From the NCBI GenBank assembly GCA_033442325.1, contig JAWQFM010000002.1, positions 1,821,481-1,851,088 of the forward strand: a stretch of DNA of 29,608 nucleotides, given 5' to 3'. The position numbers were made by a program, and so were the translations under genes. Positions 1 through 28,402 of the stretch are shown here, piece after piece. Each line of letters opens with the position of its first letter. The stretch's first letter is position 1. Under the pieces are notes generated by a model. The model had not been told where the DNA came from, ran no database searches, and saw only the letters and a list, made by a program, of their open reading frames with translations. This DNA is from Salpingoeca rosetta (taxonomy: Eukaryota > Protista > Choanoflagellata).

Positions 1-228
1 GCTGAGGAGGCCAAATGAACCCCAAACCGAAGCATGCAACGCACACTATGGTCTTCCAGAAAACGAAAGCATGAGAAAGCAGAGGTGAACAGAGAAGCAA
101 CGAGATACACACAGAGAAAAAAGGGGAGAAGGGAAATAAAGAAGCCTCACACGCACACCAACAGATGGCCACCATGCATCATCAAGTCATCCGCAACCAC
201 TCACGAACTCCGCAGCCCCCGCACCCGT

Positions 229-1226
229 TCACATCGCCTTGCTCCTCTTGCTCTTGTTCTCCTCAAACACCACCTTCTCCCCCTCGTCGTCATCTTCGTC
301 CTGCTGTTGCAGAGCCCTGCGCTCCGTCCCTCCACGCTGGCTGTGCATGACCAGGGGCAGCCCGCGCTCCCCGCTTGCTGTGTCGCTGCTGCTGCTGGCA
401 GTGGCGTTTATCGTGCAGTTGTTCATGCACAGGCGCTCAAAGGCATGCGCTGCGGGGACGTCGGTGAACGTGCAGCTGCCAAGACAGAGCTCACGCACGC
501 CGCCAAACGCGGCAAACCCCTCAAACGTGCAGTTGTTCAGAAGCATGGACTCCACGCCCTCCGTCGTGTGCAGCAGAAAGCGTTGCACCACATCCATCAT
601 CACCACTCCCGACACGTCCCACAGCCCAAGGCTCGGCATGCGCGGGCCGTCCACGCACACGAGGCGTGCACCTGCCACGGAGGCCACACCAGTGCAGTCT
701 TTCAACGTCACGCTGAGCTTCACTGCACTTTGGATAGCGCCCAGCACGCGGCACTGCTTCAACTGCATCCTCTTCGTCCGCTGCAGGCTGCACAGCCCCC
801 GCACACTAGGCGGCTCTGTCGTGCTGCTGCTGCTGCCGCGGCTGCTGCTGCGGATGTGCACCTCGGCCACGTGCGCCAGTGGCGATGCATCAAATACGCT
901 GGATGCATGCTGCTCCCCCACCATTACGTGGCACAGCCTCACGGCGGGCGGCAGCGCAGCCGACAGTGAGTCGGAGGGCAGGTCGAACAGCATCACCTCC
1001 GTCTTCTCGGGAATCGGCTGCGGGTCCCGCGCATACGCGGCTGATGCGCGCCCGTGCAGCTCCAGCAGGCGACAGCGCCCACCCAGCGCACGCAGCGCCG
1101 CGGGCGGCAGCTCAACGTCCAGCACACACACGTCGATGCGGGCACTCGGCAGCGCTGTGGTGATGGTGGTAAGAGTGTCACCGTCAGCAGCGGCATCGGG
1201 ATTGCCACCATCTTCACCGCCAGCAG

Positions 1227-1295
<69 letters not shown>

Positions 1296-4116
1296 GGTTG
1301 TCCCCGTTGTCACCATCGCCGCTACTGGTGGACGCGCACCGCAACTGGACACCCCGGTGGAGACCATCAGCACCACCATCAGCGTCGCCACCATGAGTAT
1401 CACCACCATCAGGGTCGCCATCAAGCAGTGGGATGTGCACATTGTACAGCCGCGGCAGGTTGACCAGGCGCAAGCGCGTGGCCGGGGCGCGCGTGCACCG
1501 CAGCGAGAAGAGCTCAGGACAGTCGCTCAGGTTGACGCTGTTCACGCCTCCTGTCACCGCCACCTCCACCTCCGTCACCGCGCACGCCTGCACTTCCAGC
1601 CTGTCAAGCTGTCTGCCGAAGAAGCCGACCGTCCCGAGTGTTGCAGACCTGGCCACCTCCATCGTGCCGCACTCGTCTGCCTTGAGCGAGACGCGGTGGA
1701 GAGCGGGGCAGTTGCTCACGTTAAGCCCCGCCACCTGGTGCACAGCGCGTATGTCCAGCGAGTGGAGCAAGTGGCACTCCACCACGCGTATGACGCCGGC
1801 GCGGTGCAGGTCGCACATGCGCACGGCAGCGAGGGCCCTGCAGTTGCTCAGCTGCACGGTGCCCACGGTGGCGTTGGCAATGTCGAACCGGGCGAGCGCG
1901 TGGCAGTCGCTGACCTCCACCTGCTGCACGAGCACGGCAGCAGGAATCGCCGGCACAGACAGCTCCTCGCAGCCGCGCGCCCGCAGGCGATCACGCGTGT
2001 CAGCACCGCACGTGACCTGCGTCACCGCGTCGCAGAACCGCAGCTCAACATGCATGGCGTTGGGCAGGTTCACATGACCTCGCAACCCAGCCACGTTGCC
2101 CAGCACAAAGCGCGTGGCGTGGAAGGTGAGGGTGCTGTCTGCAGAGCCGCCGGCGCCATGAACCACGTTGCAATCGATAATGCGCAGCTTGTTCGCGTTG
2201 CGCAGGGCGCCGATGTCGTCGATTTTCACGCCATGCAGCGTCACTTCCTGCGCATTCTTCAGCGGCGCCACGGAGGCCAGCAGGCGAACATCCCGGATAG
2301 TCAACCGCTCCACGCCAGCCAGCGCACCAATGCCAAGCGCATGCGTGCGCACGCTGCTGTTGTTGCCGCTGCTGTTGCCGTCGTCGTAGAAGTCCGAAAG
2401 AAAAATGCCCTGCACGCGTGTCAGCGTGCCCGCGATGCTGGTTTGCTGTGGCGACATGTGCCAATGCACGTCCTCCACATCGGTCAGCTCCAGGCAGTCA
2501 ATCCGTCCATTCCCCATGATGCACAGGCGACGTACGCGTGCAAGCCGCAGCCGCTCAAGCCTGGCGCGCGGGTAGATGCACAGGTAGTCAATGGCGGGAC
2601 ATCCAAGCACCTCCAGTGCTGCTTCAAGCACCCGCACGTCCTCGTCACCGCTGCACTCGCACTCCCGAATGCAGCACTCGCCCATCTTCATTGTGTGGCG
2701 GCGGCTGTTGTCGTTGATGGCCGTGGAGCGGGGGGCGGTCATGTCGCTGATGCCGCTGATGCCGCTGGTGTGGATGGTGGGATGGGCGGCGATAATGCCA
2801 CTGGTGTCGCTGGTGGGATGGGCGGCGATAATGTCGCTGGTGGGGTGGGCGGCGATAATGTCGCTGATGTCGCTGGTGTGGATGGTGGGATGGGCGGCGA
2901 TAATGTCGCTGGTGTGGATGGTGGGATGGGCGGCGATAATGTCGCTGATGTCGCTGGTGTGGATGGTAGGGTGGGCGGCGATAATGTCGCTGATGTCGCT
3001 GGTGTGGATGGTAGGGTGGGCGGCGATAATGTCGCTGGTGTGGATGGTAGGGTGGGCGGCGATGATGTCGCTGGTGGGGTGGGCGGCGATAATGTCGCTG
3101 ATGTCGCTGGTGTGGATGGTCGTGGGGTGGGCGGCGGTCATGTCGCTGATGCCGCTGGTGTGGATGGTCGTGGAACATCTATTTGGGTTCGTCGCTAGAA
3201 AACTACCAAGTACTTTCGGATATATATTGAATACGAGTCGCAGTTGGCACCTCCTACGAAGATGCCTTCACGATCACACCCGAGTTTCGTCATATACGTG
3301 GACGTGGCGTGTGTGCGCGAATCTTATCGGTAGAGCTCGCACCGATAGAGTAGATCAGGGAGGGGATCCGTGTAATTACTTATCAGGAACGATAGCCCTG
3401 TGAGGCCCCTAATTCACAACCTCATTCAAATAGTGAAACGTCGGAAGCATGCGTCCGGGTTCTCACGCCTTACCTCCCTCACGGCTATGGGCTCGTTAAA
3501 ATCCCAGGCCAGTGAAGATAGGCCTTCGACTACACGATACCATATAACATCTCGACCCTCTGCAGGGGGGATTTTGTTTAGATAGTCTCACATGACCGAT
3601 AAGTTCCTAATGAGGGCTGGATGTCGAGAACCATAAAGTAGGTTACCCCTACGGAACAGCCAGCTTCACAATGTGGCAAGTATGGTGTTACAATGACGCT
3701 GGTGTGGATGGTCGTGGGGTGGGCGGCGATAATGTCGCTGATGTGGATGGTGTGGATGGTCGTGGGGTGGGCGGCGGTCATGTCGCTGATGTCGCTGGTG
3801 TGGATGGTCGTGGGGTGGGCGGCGGTCATGTCGCTGATGCCGCTGGTGTGGATGGTCGTGGGGTGGGCGGCGATAATGTCGCTGATGTCGCTGGTGTGGA
3901 TGGTCGTGGGGTGGGCGGCGGTCATGTCGCTGATGCCGCTGGTGTGGATGGTCGTGGGGTGGGCGGCGATAATGTCGCTGGTGTGGGTGGTGGTGCTGCT
4001 GGCAGTGGCTGCTGTTGCCATGCGAGCGTATTCGGTTGCGGTGACGGTAGTGATGTCGTTGTCACTGTCGCAGCCACGCTTGCCACTCGCGTCCATCCAG
4101 CTGCTGGTGCTGTTGC

Positions 4117-4199
<83 letters not shown>

Positions 4200-4203
4200 G
4201 CAC

Positions 4204-4268
<65 letters not shown>

Positions 4269-4759
4269 CTGCTGTCGCTGTTGGTGTGGGTGCGCAGGGC
4301 ACAGGCCATGGTGTGCATGTCTGCAGGGCCAAGCCATACTACCATATCAGAGACGCCGGAGAAGCACACGCGGCCGTTGCGGGCAAACGCATCCAGGAAC
4401 GCCCGTGGCGGTGACGGCGGCAGATGCAGCTGCTCCAGGTCGCACGTCCACAGCACGCCAAGACGGGAGAGCACGCAGAACCGGGATTCAAGCCAGGTGC
4501 GCTCGGCGGCGTCGTTGCTGCTGGCGGGCGCTATCCAGCCCACGCCCGGTGCCTGGAACGCTTCCTTGAGACACCACTTGGGCAGGGAGTGGGGCAGGTC
4601 ATCATACGCCCACCGGCAGGTGAGAAAGAGGCGCAGGATGGTCTTGGCATGCTCCACCATGACCGTGGACCGCTGCGTGGCTGTCGGGCGCGGGTGCTGG
4701 CCATGCTGCATGAGGTGCGTGGCCACCACGGACAGCACGTGAGCAGTCACACTGTCCAT
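229..4759 (-). CDS. Intronless LRR protein with possible N-terminal F-box-like motif, poly-Asp tracts and a coding minisatellite; interrupted by an insert at 3174-3696
   Basis: ATG at 4759 (MDSVTAHVLSVVATHL...ILRLFLTCRWAY, weakly F-box-like). The ORFs 3578-5350 and 229-3141 share the same SDIIAAHPTTIHT repeat, and deleting 3174-3696 joins them in frame (~1335 aa). The C-terminal half has LxxLxIxxC repeats (VERLTIRDVRLLASVAPLKNAQEVTLHGVKIDDIGALRNANKLRIIDC; VQLSNCRAL; LNVSNCPAL; VNLSDCPEL). Confidence 0.7.
1227..1295. repeat. (ATC)n trinucleotide repeat encoding poly-Asp
   Basis: Visible run inside the LRR ORF. Confidence 0.95.
2733..3990. repeat. Coding modular minisatellite (peptide SD(I/M)(I/T)AAHP(T)TIHT), split by the insert
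   Basis: Many variant copies of gatgtcgctg/gtgtggatgg(tc)gtggggtgggcggcgataat at 2733-3173 and 3697-3990. Confidence 0.95.
3174..3696. other. 523-bp foreign insert flanked by 21-bp direct repeat (cgctggtgtggatggtcgtgg)
   Basis: Abrupt switch from GC-rich repeat to ~49% GC (hand count over 3181-3660), high-complexity, TA-rich sequence. Identical 21-mer at 3153-3173 and 3697-3717. No TIRs, LTRs, poly-A tail or recognisable ORF. Confidence 0.85.
4117..4267. repeat. (ATC)n repeat encoding a long poly-Asp tract
   Basis: Visible run with one interruption (agcacc). Confidence 0.95.
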
Positions 4760-6535
4760 CACTAGGGCTGAGCTGGTCGTGCTGTAGGTGCTGCTGCTGG
4801 TAGTGGTGGTGGTGGTGGTGGTGGTGGTGGTGGTGGTGGTGGTGGTAGCGGTTGCAATTCGCGACTGCTTGCTTGGAGGGGAAGGAGGGAGCTGGGAAAC
4901 TGGCTGTTGGGAAAGAGGAAATAAGGATGGGTAGAAGCCGAAAAGCGGTGAACCACGCTCCGAAGAGAGGGAGAGAGGGGGAAGAGAGAGAAGGGGGGGG
5001 GCAGACAGACGAAGAGGATGAACAAGAGAGAATGTGTGTGTGCGTGTGGGTGTGTATGTGAAGGAGAGGGGGTGTGCGAAAATGGCCAACACACACATGC
5101 ACATGCACACACAAAACAACAGCTGGATGAAGCAATGCCACCAAAGGGGAGTGCTACTGCCAAGGAAATGACAGCAGGAATGCAGAAGAAGCGAAAAAGA
5201 TGAAAAAGACGAGGAAAAAAAAAAAGGCGCGTGCTGGGTACTGCGTGGGCGTGCGCGAGTCACATTGTTGCGAGTGTCCGCCGTTTTGGTGGTACGTGTC
5301 TGCTTGTTGTTCGTTCGCAGCTTGGCCATCCAGAGCCTCACTGCCAGCACGCAATGAGCACAAAGCCAGCGGTTTTGTTGACGCCCAATGTCGCAACAAC
5401 CACACCTAGTTGCTCGGATTGGGTCGGATGAGTGCCAGCCAAGAGACGTCAGCTCAGTCTAAGGGATGTAGTGCTTCCCTTCCCTCCCAACTTTTGGAAA
5501 CCCGGACGCCCGCTGGCTGGCACACGATGGTACGCGCACCACACACGTGCGGCGTGTCCTGTCGACAGGAGAAGTGGTGTTGTGGTGTGAAAGTGTCTTG
5601 TGTTACATTCCACTTGGATGTCGGAGGACATGACACAGCATTGCAATGAAAGACGTCACATCACAACGTCACGCCACACCTCGACATGCAAATTGTAACC
5701 TCTGCACCCACTAGCACCTGACATGAGCTCGCACCTTTTGTTGGGGGCATGGCTTTTCGTGTTGCACTCATGTCAAGCCGAAAGTCACATGATGAGGTCC
5801 TGCTTGGCTTGTCGATGGCTTGCCTTGCTTTCTTTGCTGGTTTGCATCTTCTTGTTGTTTGGTGGTGGTGGTTGTAGAGGATTTATGGAAATTTTCAGCT
5901 AAAATTCAGTAACGGCGCCCACCACACCCTTGTCCTTCTTCAGTGCTCTGTGTTGTGTGTGTGTGTGTGTGTGCTCTTGTGTGTGTGCTGTGTGTGTGTG
6001 TGTAGGTGTGTCGTGTTGCTGTTGTGTGTTGCTGTTGTCTTGTGTATGTGTGTATGTGTATTGTTTCTTCTTTTCTTGGCTGCAACCAGCCTCAGCTCCG
6101 GAATCAATCCGGCCAAGTAACCAAAGGACCACAGCAAACACCGAAGAAAAGACCCACACACACGAAATTGTCATGTCACACACATAACTTCGAGGACTTA
6201 TATATTAGGCTCAACAGACACGCACACACACAACATAAGAACATACACCCACCCATCCACAATACCCTACTCACACAAAGGAAATACACTCACGGATGGG
6301 GTAAGAGAGCAGATGCCACGCAGCAGCAATGCAGGGAATAGAGGAAGATGGAAACGTAAGAGTCGGCAGTGAATGTGACGGTAGGCAATGGGGCCACAAG
6401 GCTGAGACCCCAGCCATATGCAAACAGAGAAGCGATTAAGGGCACGAATAGAAAAGGAACCAAGAGCGATGTGGGCATGACATGCACGGGTGAGCAACCA
6501 AAACCACAAGGGCTGGCTGGCCGGTTTCGTTTCGT

Positions 6536-8815
<2,280 letters not shown>

Positions 8816-8852
8816 AGTCAACATGCACATCAGTGGCAGGAGGTGTGACTGT

Positions 8853-8940
8853 GCAACATGAGCGTCATGTTGCTTCTTGATGGTTCTGGTTGGGCCCCTT
8901 GCGTCGCGCACGCGCGCCAAGAAACCAGAAGCACCTCGAA
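8853..8940. promoter_or_regulatory. Putative HSP70 promoter with HSE-like element and palindrome
   Basis: cTTCt-tGAtg-gTTCt at 8873-8887 has nTTCn/nGAAn spacing with one mismatch. GAA at 8928 and 8938 are 10 bp apart. Perfect 9-bp inverted repeat gcaacatga-gcg-tcatgttgc at 8853-8873. Confidence 0.45.
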
Positions 8941-9008
8941 CGAAATGAGTGCTGACCTTTGATGACTGTGCACAAGAAACCACTATCGAGACTGAAGTCA
9001 GTCGTGCA

Positions 9009-12061
<3,053 letters not shown>

Positions 12062-12778
12062 CGCCGTCGTGCTTGCTTCAGTGGTCCGCGCGCAAAAAAA
12101 AAAAAGGACCAAAAGAAGAAGAGAAACGCACTATGCAAAATATGCTGTCGGAATTCAAATCTGGTCTCTTCCTACAACCCATCGTGACGATCTGCGCACG
12201 CCATGACGTCGTGCGGTTAGTTGCTTGCATCACATGTGTGCAACAGTGGTGCAGAAGATGCGTCATGTCATCCCCCGTGTGCGGAACGCAAGGAAGGCTC
12301 CAAGTGCAAGTGACTGCAAGCAAGCAGGAGGACTAGGACGCTCGCGCCCAGAGCGTTCACCTGGCTGCTCTGGTGCACGCAGGTAGTGAAAACTTGCGTC
12401 CGGTTTTCGTCAGTGGGCAGCAGCCATGGCACACACCACTGCACCAATGCACCAATGCACCGATGCTGCTGGAGACATGGAGACTCGTGTGTGGCAACAC
12501 TGCTAGCGCACGCAACAAGGGCAAGCCTACACTATCACGCCATTTCCCTTTGAACCCCCGAACAGCTCTGCTTCATTCCTATCACATCAGCGTAACAACT
12601 TCTTTCGCACTTGCGAACCCACTCTGTGATCGTCCCTACTTCGCCCAGTCACTCACTCCACTTTGATTCCACAGAAGACGGTTCTCCTGTTCTCCTTGTA
12701 CCTCGACCCATCCGCCTCTCCTTCTCACCCCGCCCCTTCACACATCCCACTCTGCCGCTCTGCTGCGCTGACAACGCC

Positions 12779-15346
12779 ATGCTACGCAGCACGCAGCAAC
12801 ACAATTCGACGCCCACAGCGGTGTTCATCTCGTTTGAGGCATCGGACGCCGGTGCGCAGGCGCGTGCGCTGCAACGGCGCCTGCGCGACGAACAGGTGTG
12901 CGACGCCGTGTTCATGAGCCCGCCACTCGCCCACCGCAACAGCCACGAGGCCATCCACGCAGCATGCAGCATCATCAAGAACGTCGACGTCATCATCATG
13001 CTCGGCTCCGAGCTGTACGGGCACCGCTCTGCAGAGCGGTTCAGCTCACACGAGGAGCTGCGCTTCATCCTCAAGGAAAAGGCAAATAAGCACACGTGCC
13101 TCGTGCACATGTGCACCAGCTTCCGCGACACAGCAACAGAGGCGCTCCTCGCCCAGACCGAGCACCACTCCTTCTTGTGGCTGGAAGCAGCTGACCCAGA
13201 AGCACGCAACACGCCACCAGAGGGTCTCATTCAGACCATCCGCGAGCTGGTCGCACGCCCCCACTCACCACCACCACCACAAGATCACTGGCAGCCACAG
13301 CACTATCAACCACCCCTCACGCATGAGCTTGTTGTGCCACCTACGATCGACAGCACCGCTCACGTGAGCGCTCTCTCCCAGCGCCCATGGACGGGGCCAC
13401 AGTCGCCCAGCCCGGCACTGTACCAACCCCACCAACATCACCAACACCACCATGACTACCACCACCACCTCTCAGTAACAGCACCAGTGTCACACACTCA
13501 ATCGCCGGCAATGACGCCACCACAGCAACGCCGACTTCGACGTGGTCGCTCCGCCTCTGTGCCCAGACCACCACCGCAGGCACCCTCGGCCTCCATGTCA
13601 CCTGCTGGATCGCACGAAGCGCTCACGACGATTCCGGAGGAAGGGATCTTCACGCTAGCCCTGAGGCGAACTGTCAGCCTCGAGGAAGGCTTGGTGGGAC
13701 CATCCCTGGCTAGAAGAAGTGGCGATAGCGACAGCAGCAACGAAACCCTGCTATCCGACGACGAACAGTGTGGCAATGGCAACGACGACAATTGCTACGA
13801 TGGGGGTTGTGAGTGTTCGAATCACGCGGAACGCTCGCCACGCAACACGCAGCAGCAGCAGCCACAGCAGCAGCCAGCTGGTGATGCCTCAACTTCAGCT
13901 CGGCGTCGCGGGCGGGCACGCAGCCTCTCAGATGCGGTTCCCCCACATCCATCCGTCTTCATCCAGCCGCCAGAGCTCGACAACAGTGACAACGACGACA
14001 GCGGCAACGGCAGCAACGACAGCAGCAACCACAACGACGGCGCTGTCAAGAACAAACTTGACAACAGCGATGGCAACGGCAACAGCGGCAACGCCAGCAA
14101 GCACAACAACGCTGGAAACAACGACGACACCAACGATGACAGCAACGACGAACATGACACGAGCAGCATAGACAAGGACACGCGCGCTGCGGTGAAGGCA
14201 ACCGTTGAGCCAATCCTGGGCTACCTGAGCCGCAACATCAACGACCCCAGGCGCTATGTGCAAGGACTTGCCTCCCTCATCACATACTTGCATGAGCAGC
14301 CAGCGGAAGTGTCTGCGTGTGTCTGCAGGGACCGCAAGGGCCGCTACAGCATCATGGCCGCCATGCGGGCCCACGGCAGCAACCGCACCCTGCAGCGCCT
14401 CGGTTGCTACGTCTTCAAACACCTGGCCAACCTCTGCTTCAGTGACGACGACGGTGATGACGACCGCGACGAAGATGTCGACATGGACAACGACGCCACC
14501 AGCAACCACCACCACGAAGACGAAGACGAAGACGAAGACGAGGAGGAGCGAGACCTGCGCGCGTTCTTCATGGTGGTGCCATCGGTGGTGCTGCTGGCAA
14601 TGTGGCAGCATCAGGACGACAGCGGCGTGCAGAAGTACGCGTGTCAGATGCTGGAGGTGATGGTGCGGGCCGACAAGCAGGTGCGACAGCGTGTGCTGCA
14701 GAATGCGGGTGTCTCCGCCGTCACCATGGCCCTGAATGAACACCCGCTGAACATCTACGTGCAGGCCGCTGGCTGTGCGGTCCTGTCCACCATGGCGCGC
14801 TTCCAAGACCAGGGACTCTGCGAGATTGTCACCACGCGCGGCCCAGCGCTCATGCTTGAGGCCTTGGAGTACCATGGCAACGACGCACACGTTGTGGGTG
14901 TCGTGTGCAACTGTCTGGCCAGCATTGTGGAAGGAGCGCGTCGCGTGCACGAGCGGCAGCAGCAACGCCGATGCCAACCCCGCCACGGCCGCCATAGGGG
15001 CGAGCTAATCAGCCACAAGGCCAGCACGGCCATTGCGGAGGTGCTGAGCGTGGAGTGGACGTGCACCACAACGGCAGCGGTGATGGATGCCATGAGCAAT
15101 CACCGCCTCGATGCTGTGATGCAGGAGATGGGCTTGCGCGCTTTGCTCAGCCTGCAGCCTCAGTTGTCGCTGCAGCACGATACCGAGCACGATCAAGATA
15201 CGCCCCGACGCAGCAACAGTACACCCGCAAACATTCACGTCGTACGTGCGCAGCTTCGGGACGTGGCAACCATGACCATGCAGCAATTCTCAGCCCTGAA
15301 CGACATCGTGGTGCTGTGCCGGCGTCTTCTACACATTGCGCCTTGA
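12779..15346 (+). CDS. Intronless TIR-like domain + low-complexity linker + armadillo-repeat protein (855 aa)
   Basis: N-terminus AVFISFEASDAGAQARALQRRL...VFMS...DVIIMLGSELYG...FSSHEELRFI...CLVHMC fits a TIR beta-alpha pattern. C-terminal repeats AMRAHGSNRTLQRLGC, AMWQHQDDSGVQKYAC, ALNEHPLNIYVQAAGC, ALEYHGNDAHVVGVVC, AMSNHRLDAVMQEMGL are ARM-type. Confidence 0.8.
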   Translation: MLRSTQQHNSTPTAVFISFEASDAGAQARALQRRLRDEQVCDAVFMSPPLAHRNSHEAIHAACSIIKNVDVIIMLGSELYGHRSAERFSSHEELRFILKEKANKHTCLVHMCTSFRDTATEALLAQTEHHSFLWLEAADPEARNTPPEGLIQTIRELVARPHSPPPPQDHWQPQHYQPPLTHELVVPPTIDSTAHVSALSQRPWTGPQSPSPALYQPHQHHQHHHDYHHHLSVTAPVSHTQSPAMTPPQQRRLRRGRSASVPRPPPQAPSASMSPAGSHEALTTIPEEGIFTLALRRTVSLEEGLVGPSLARRSGDSDSSNETLLSDDEQCGNGNDDNCYDGGCECSNHAERSPRNTQQQQPQQQPAGDASTSARRRGRARSLSDAVPPHPSVFIQPPELDNSDNDDSGNGSNDSSNHNDGAVKNKLDNSDGNGNSGNASKHNNAGNNDDTNDDSNDEHDTSSIDKDTRAAVKATVEPILGYLSRNINDPRRYVQGLASLITYLHEQPAEVSACVCRDRKGRYSIMAAMRAHGSNRTLQRLGCYVFKHLANLCFSDDDGDDDRDEDVDMDNDATSNHHHEDEDEDEDEEERDLRAFFMVVPSVVLLAMWQHQDDSGVQKYACQMLEVMVRADKQVRQRVLQNAGVSAVTMALNEHPLNIYVQAAGCAVLSTMARFQDQGLCEIVTTRGPALMLEALEYHGNDAHVVGVVCNCLASIVEGARRVHERQQQRRCQPRHGRHRGELISHKASTAIAEVLSVEWTCTTTAAVMDAMSNHRLDAVMQEMGLRALLSLQPQLSLQHDTEHDQDTPRRSNSTPANIHVVRAQLRDVATMTMQQFSALNDIVVLCRRLLHIAP

Positions 15347-15468
15347 GGGTCTGATCAGGATGGTTATGGTGAGGGGTGGAGTTGTTTATGATGATGGCGA
15401 AGTGATGGTGCTCTGAGAGCTCTGTGTTGTTTTCTTCTTCTCTTTGGGTTTTGTATCTGCAATTGCAT

Positions 15469-24732
<9,264 letters not shown>

Positions 24733-24833
24733 CTTGCGTGTTTGTGGTGGTGGTGGTGGTGGTTGAATGGATGGGTAACGGTGTTGTGTGGATTTCGTCA
24801 AAAAGAAGAAGACGACGAGCAAAAGGTTGATTG

Positions 24834-27308
<2,475 letters not shown>

Positions 27309-27938
27309 CGGCCAGCAACGCATATGGTGGGGGGGGGGCGAGATGGTACAGGAACATAGGCTAGCCACAGTCAGAAGCGCATGCTCTTACGATGCGCGCG
27401 TGTGTGTGCGTGTGTGTGTGTGTGCTTTTGTGATTCGTTGCATGCGCACCACCAGGCTCTTCTTGGTCATGCAACCACAGCGTTGCGGATAGCATTTCAG
27501 TGTATGTGTTGTGTATAAACGAGAGGCGAAGCATGACTGCAAAGTGAATTAGCTCACATCAACGAGGGAGGAGGAAATCAACGCTTCATAGAGCACTTGA
27601 ACGAGTGTGCGGAACAGGAGAACACGGGCGTTGACGGCGAACGAAACGAAACTATGCAAGCTACCGGTGTTGCATTCAATACGTCATGTAACAGCTTTCT
27701 TCTCACTTGATCAACAAACAACCCAGCGTGTGGTAGGAGCGCACGACTGCGCAACCACGGCAGCAAAACAATGTAATAACAGAGCAGAACAACGGAGCGA
27801 AACAGAAAAGCAGGAAAGCTCCAACAGAAGCCAATGGAAAACACACAGAGTAAGAAGATACGCACACCCACAGCAGATCAACAGGGGTGCAGCACCAGGC
27901 GTGAACTGAGCATGTATTAATGCAGCCACGCGATGGCA

Positions 27939-28347
27939 TTACGCCTCCACCTCATCGTATTCAAAAGGTGAGTGGTGGTCGACAGAAGCGTAGTACTCGC
28001 TTACGTCGTCGGGCTCGGTCCAAAGATCAGAGCCGCTGTATTTGGTTGTCGGCTCCTCATACACGTGGTGGACAGCGTGATCATCTGTGTGTGTGTGTGC
28101 GTGTATTTGCGTTTGCGTATGTGTGCGTGAGGTCGTGTTGAAGAGGCATCGCAAAGTCGAGAGTGTGGAAGCCAACATTGAAAGGTCAGGTTGAAGGTTA
28201 GGTTCAAGGTAACATGAAACAGTTCAAAGAGGAACGAAACACTCCATGTTTCACCACACACATATTGACATGACGAATGCATGTTGCTACGATGTCACAC
28301 GCAGGGTGCACGACGACGACGACAACACCACCAACAACAACACCACC

Positions 28348-28402
<55 letters not shown>

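Noticed and set aside
34-3403. Long + strand ORFs (34-969, 239-1396, 1054-3198, 2591-3403) opposite the LRR gene
   Set aside because: Shadow ORFs from high GC and stop-free repeats, giving poly-Ile/Ser/Met translations.
3400-3585. 61-aa ORF within the insert
   Set aside because: Non-ATG start, no motif, length compatible with random sequence.
3323-3629. Short inverted repeats in the insert (tatcggt/accgata hairpin; cttatcggt with accgataag; aaaatccc/gggatttt)
   Set aside because: 7-9 bp matches are about what chance predicts in ~520 bp; no recognisable group I/II intron or ribozyme core.
2733-3990. CRISPR-like array (repeats around a unique segment)
   Set aside because: Repeats are contiguous coding units without unique spacers; no cas genes; eukaryotic context.
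4760-5350. N-terminal extension of the ORF 3578-5350
   Set aside because: Non-ATG start, and microsatellite/pyrimidine-rich UTR or intron-like sequence; first credible ATG is 4759.
5620-5800. Cluster of gtcaca/tgaca/catg motifs and a box C-like atgatga
   Set aside because: No matching box D. It may be promoter sequence, but is too weak to call without enrichment analysis.
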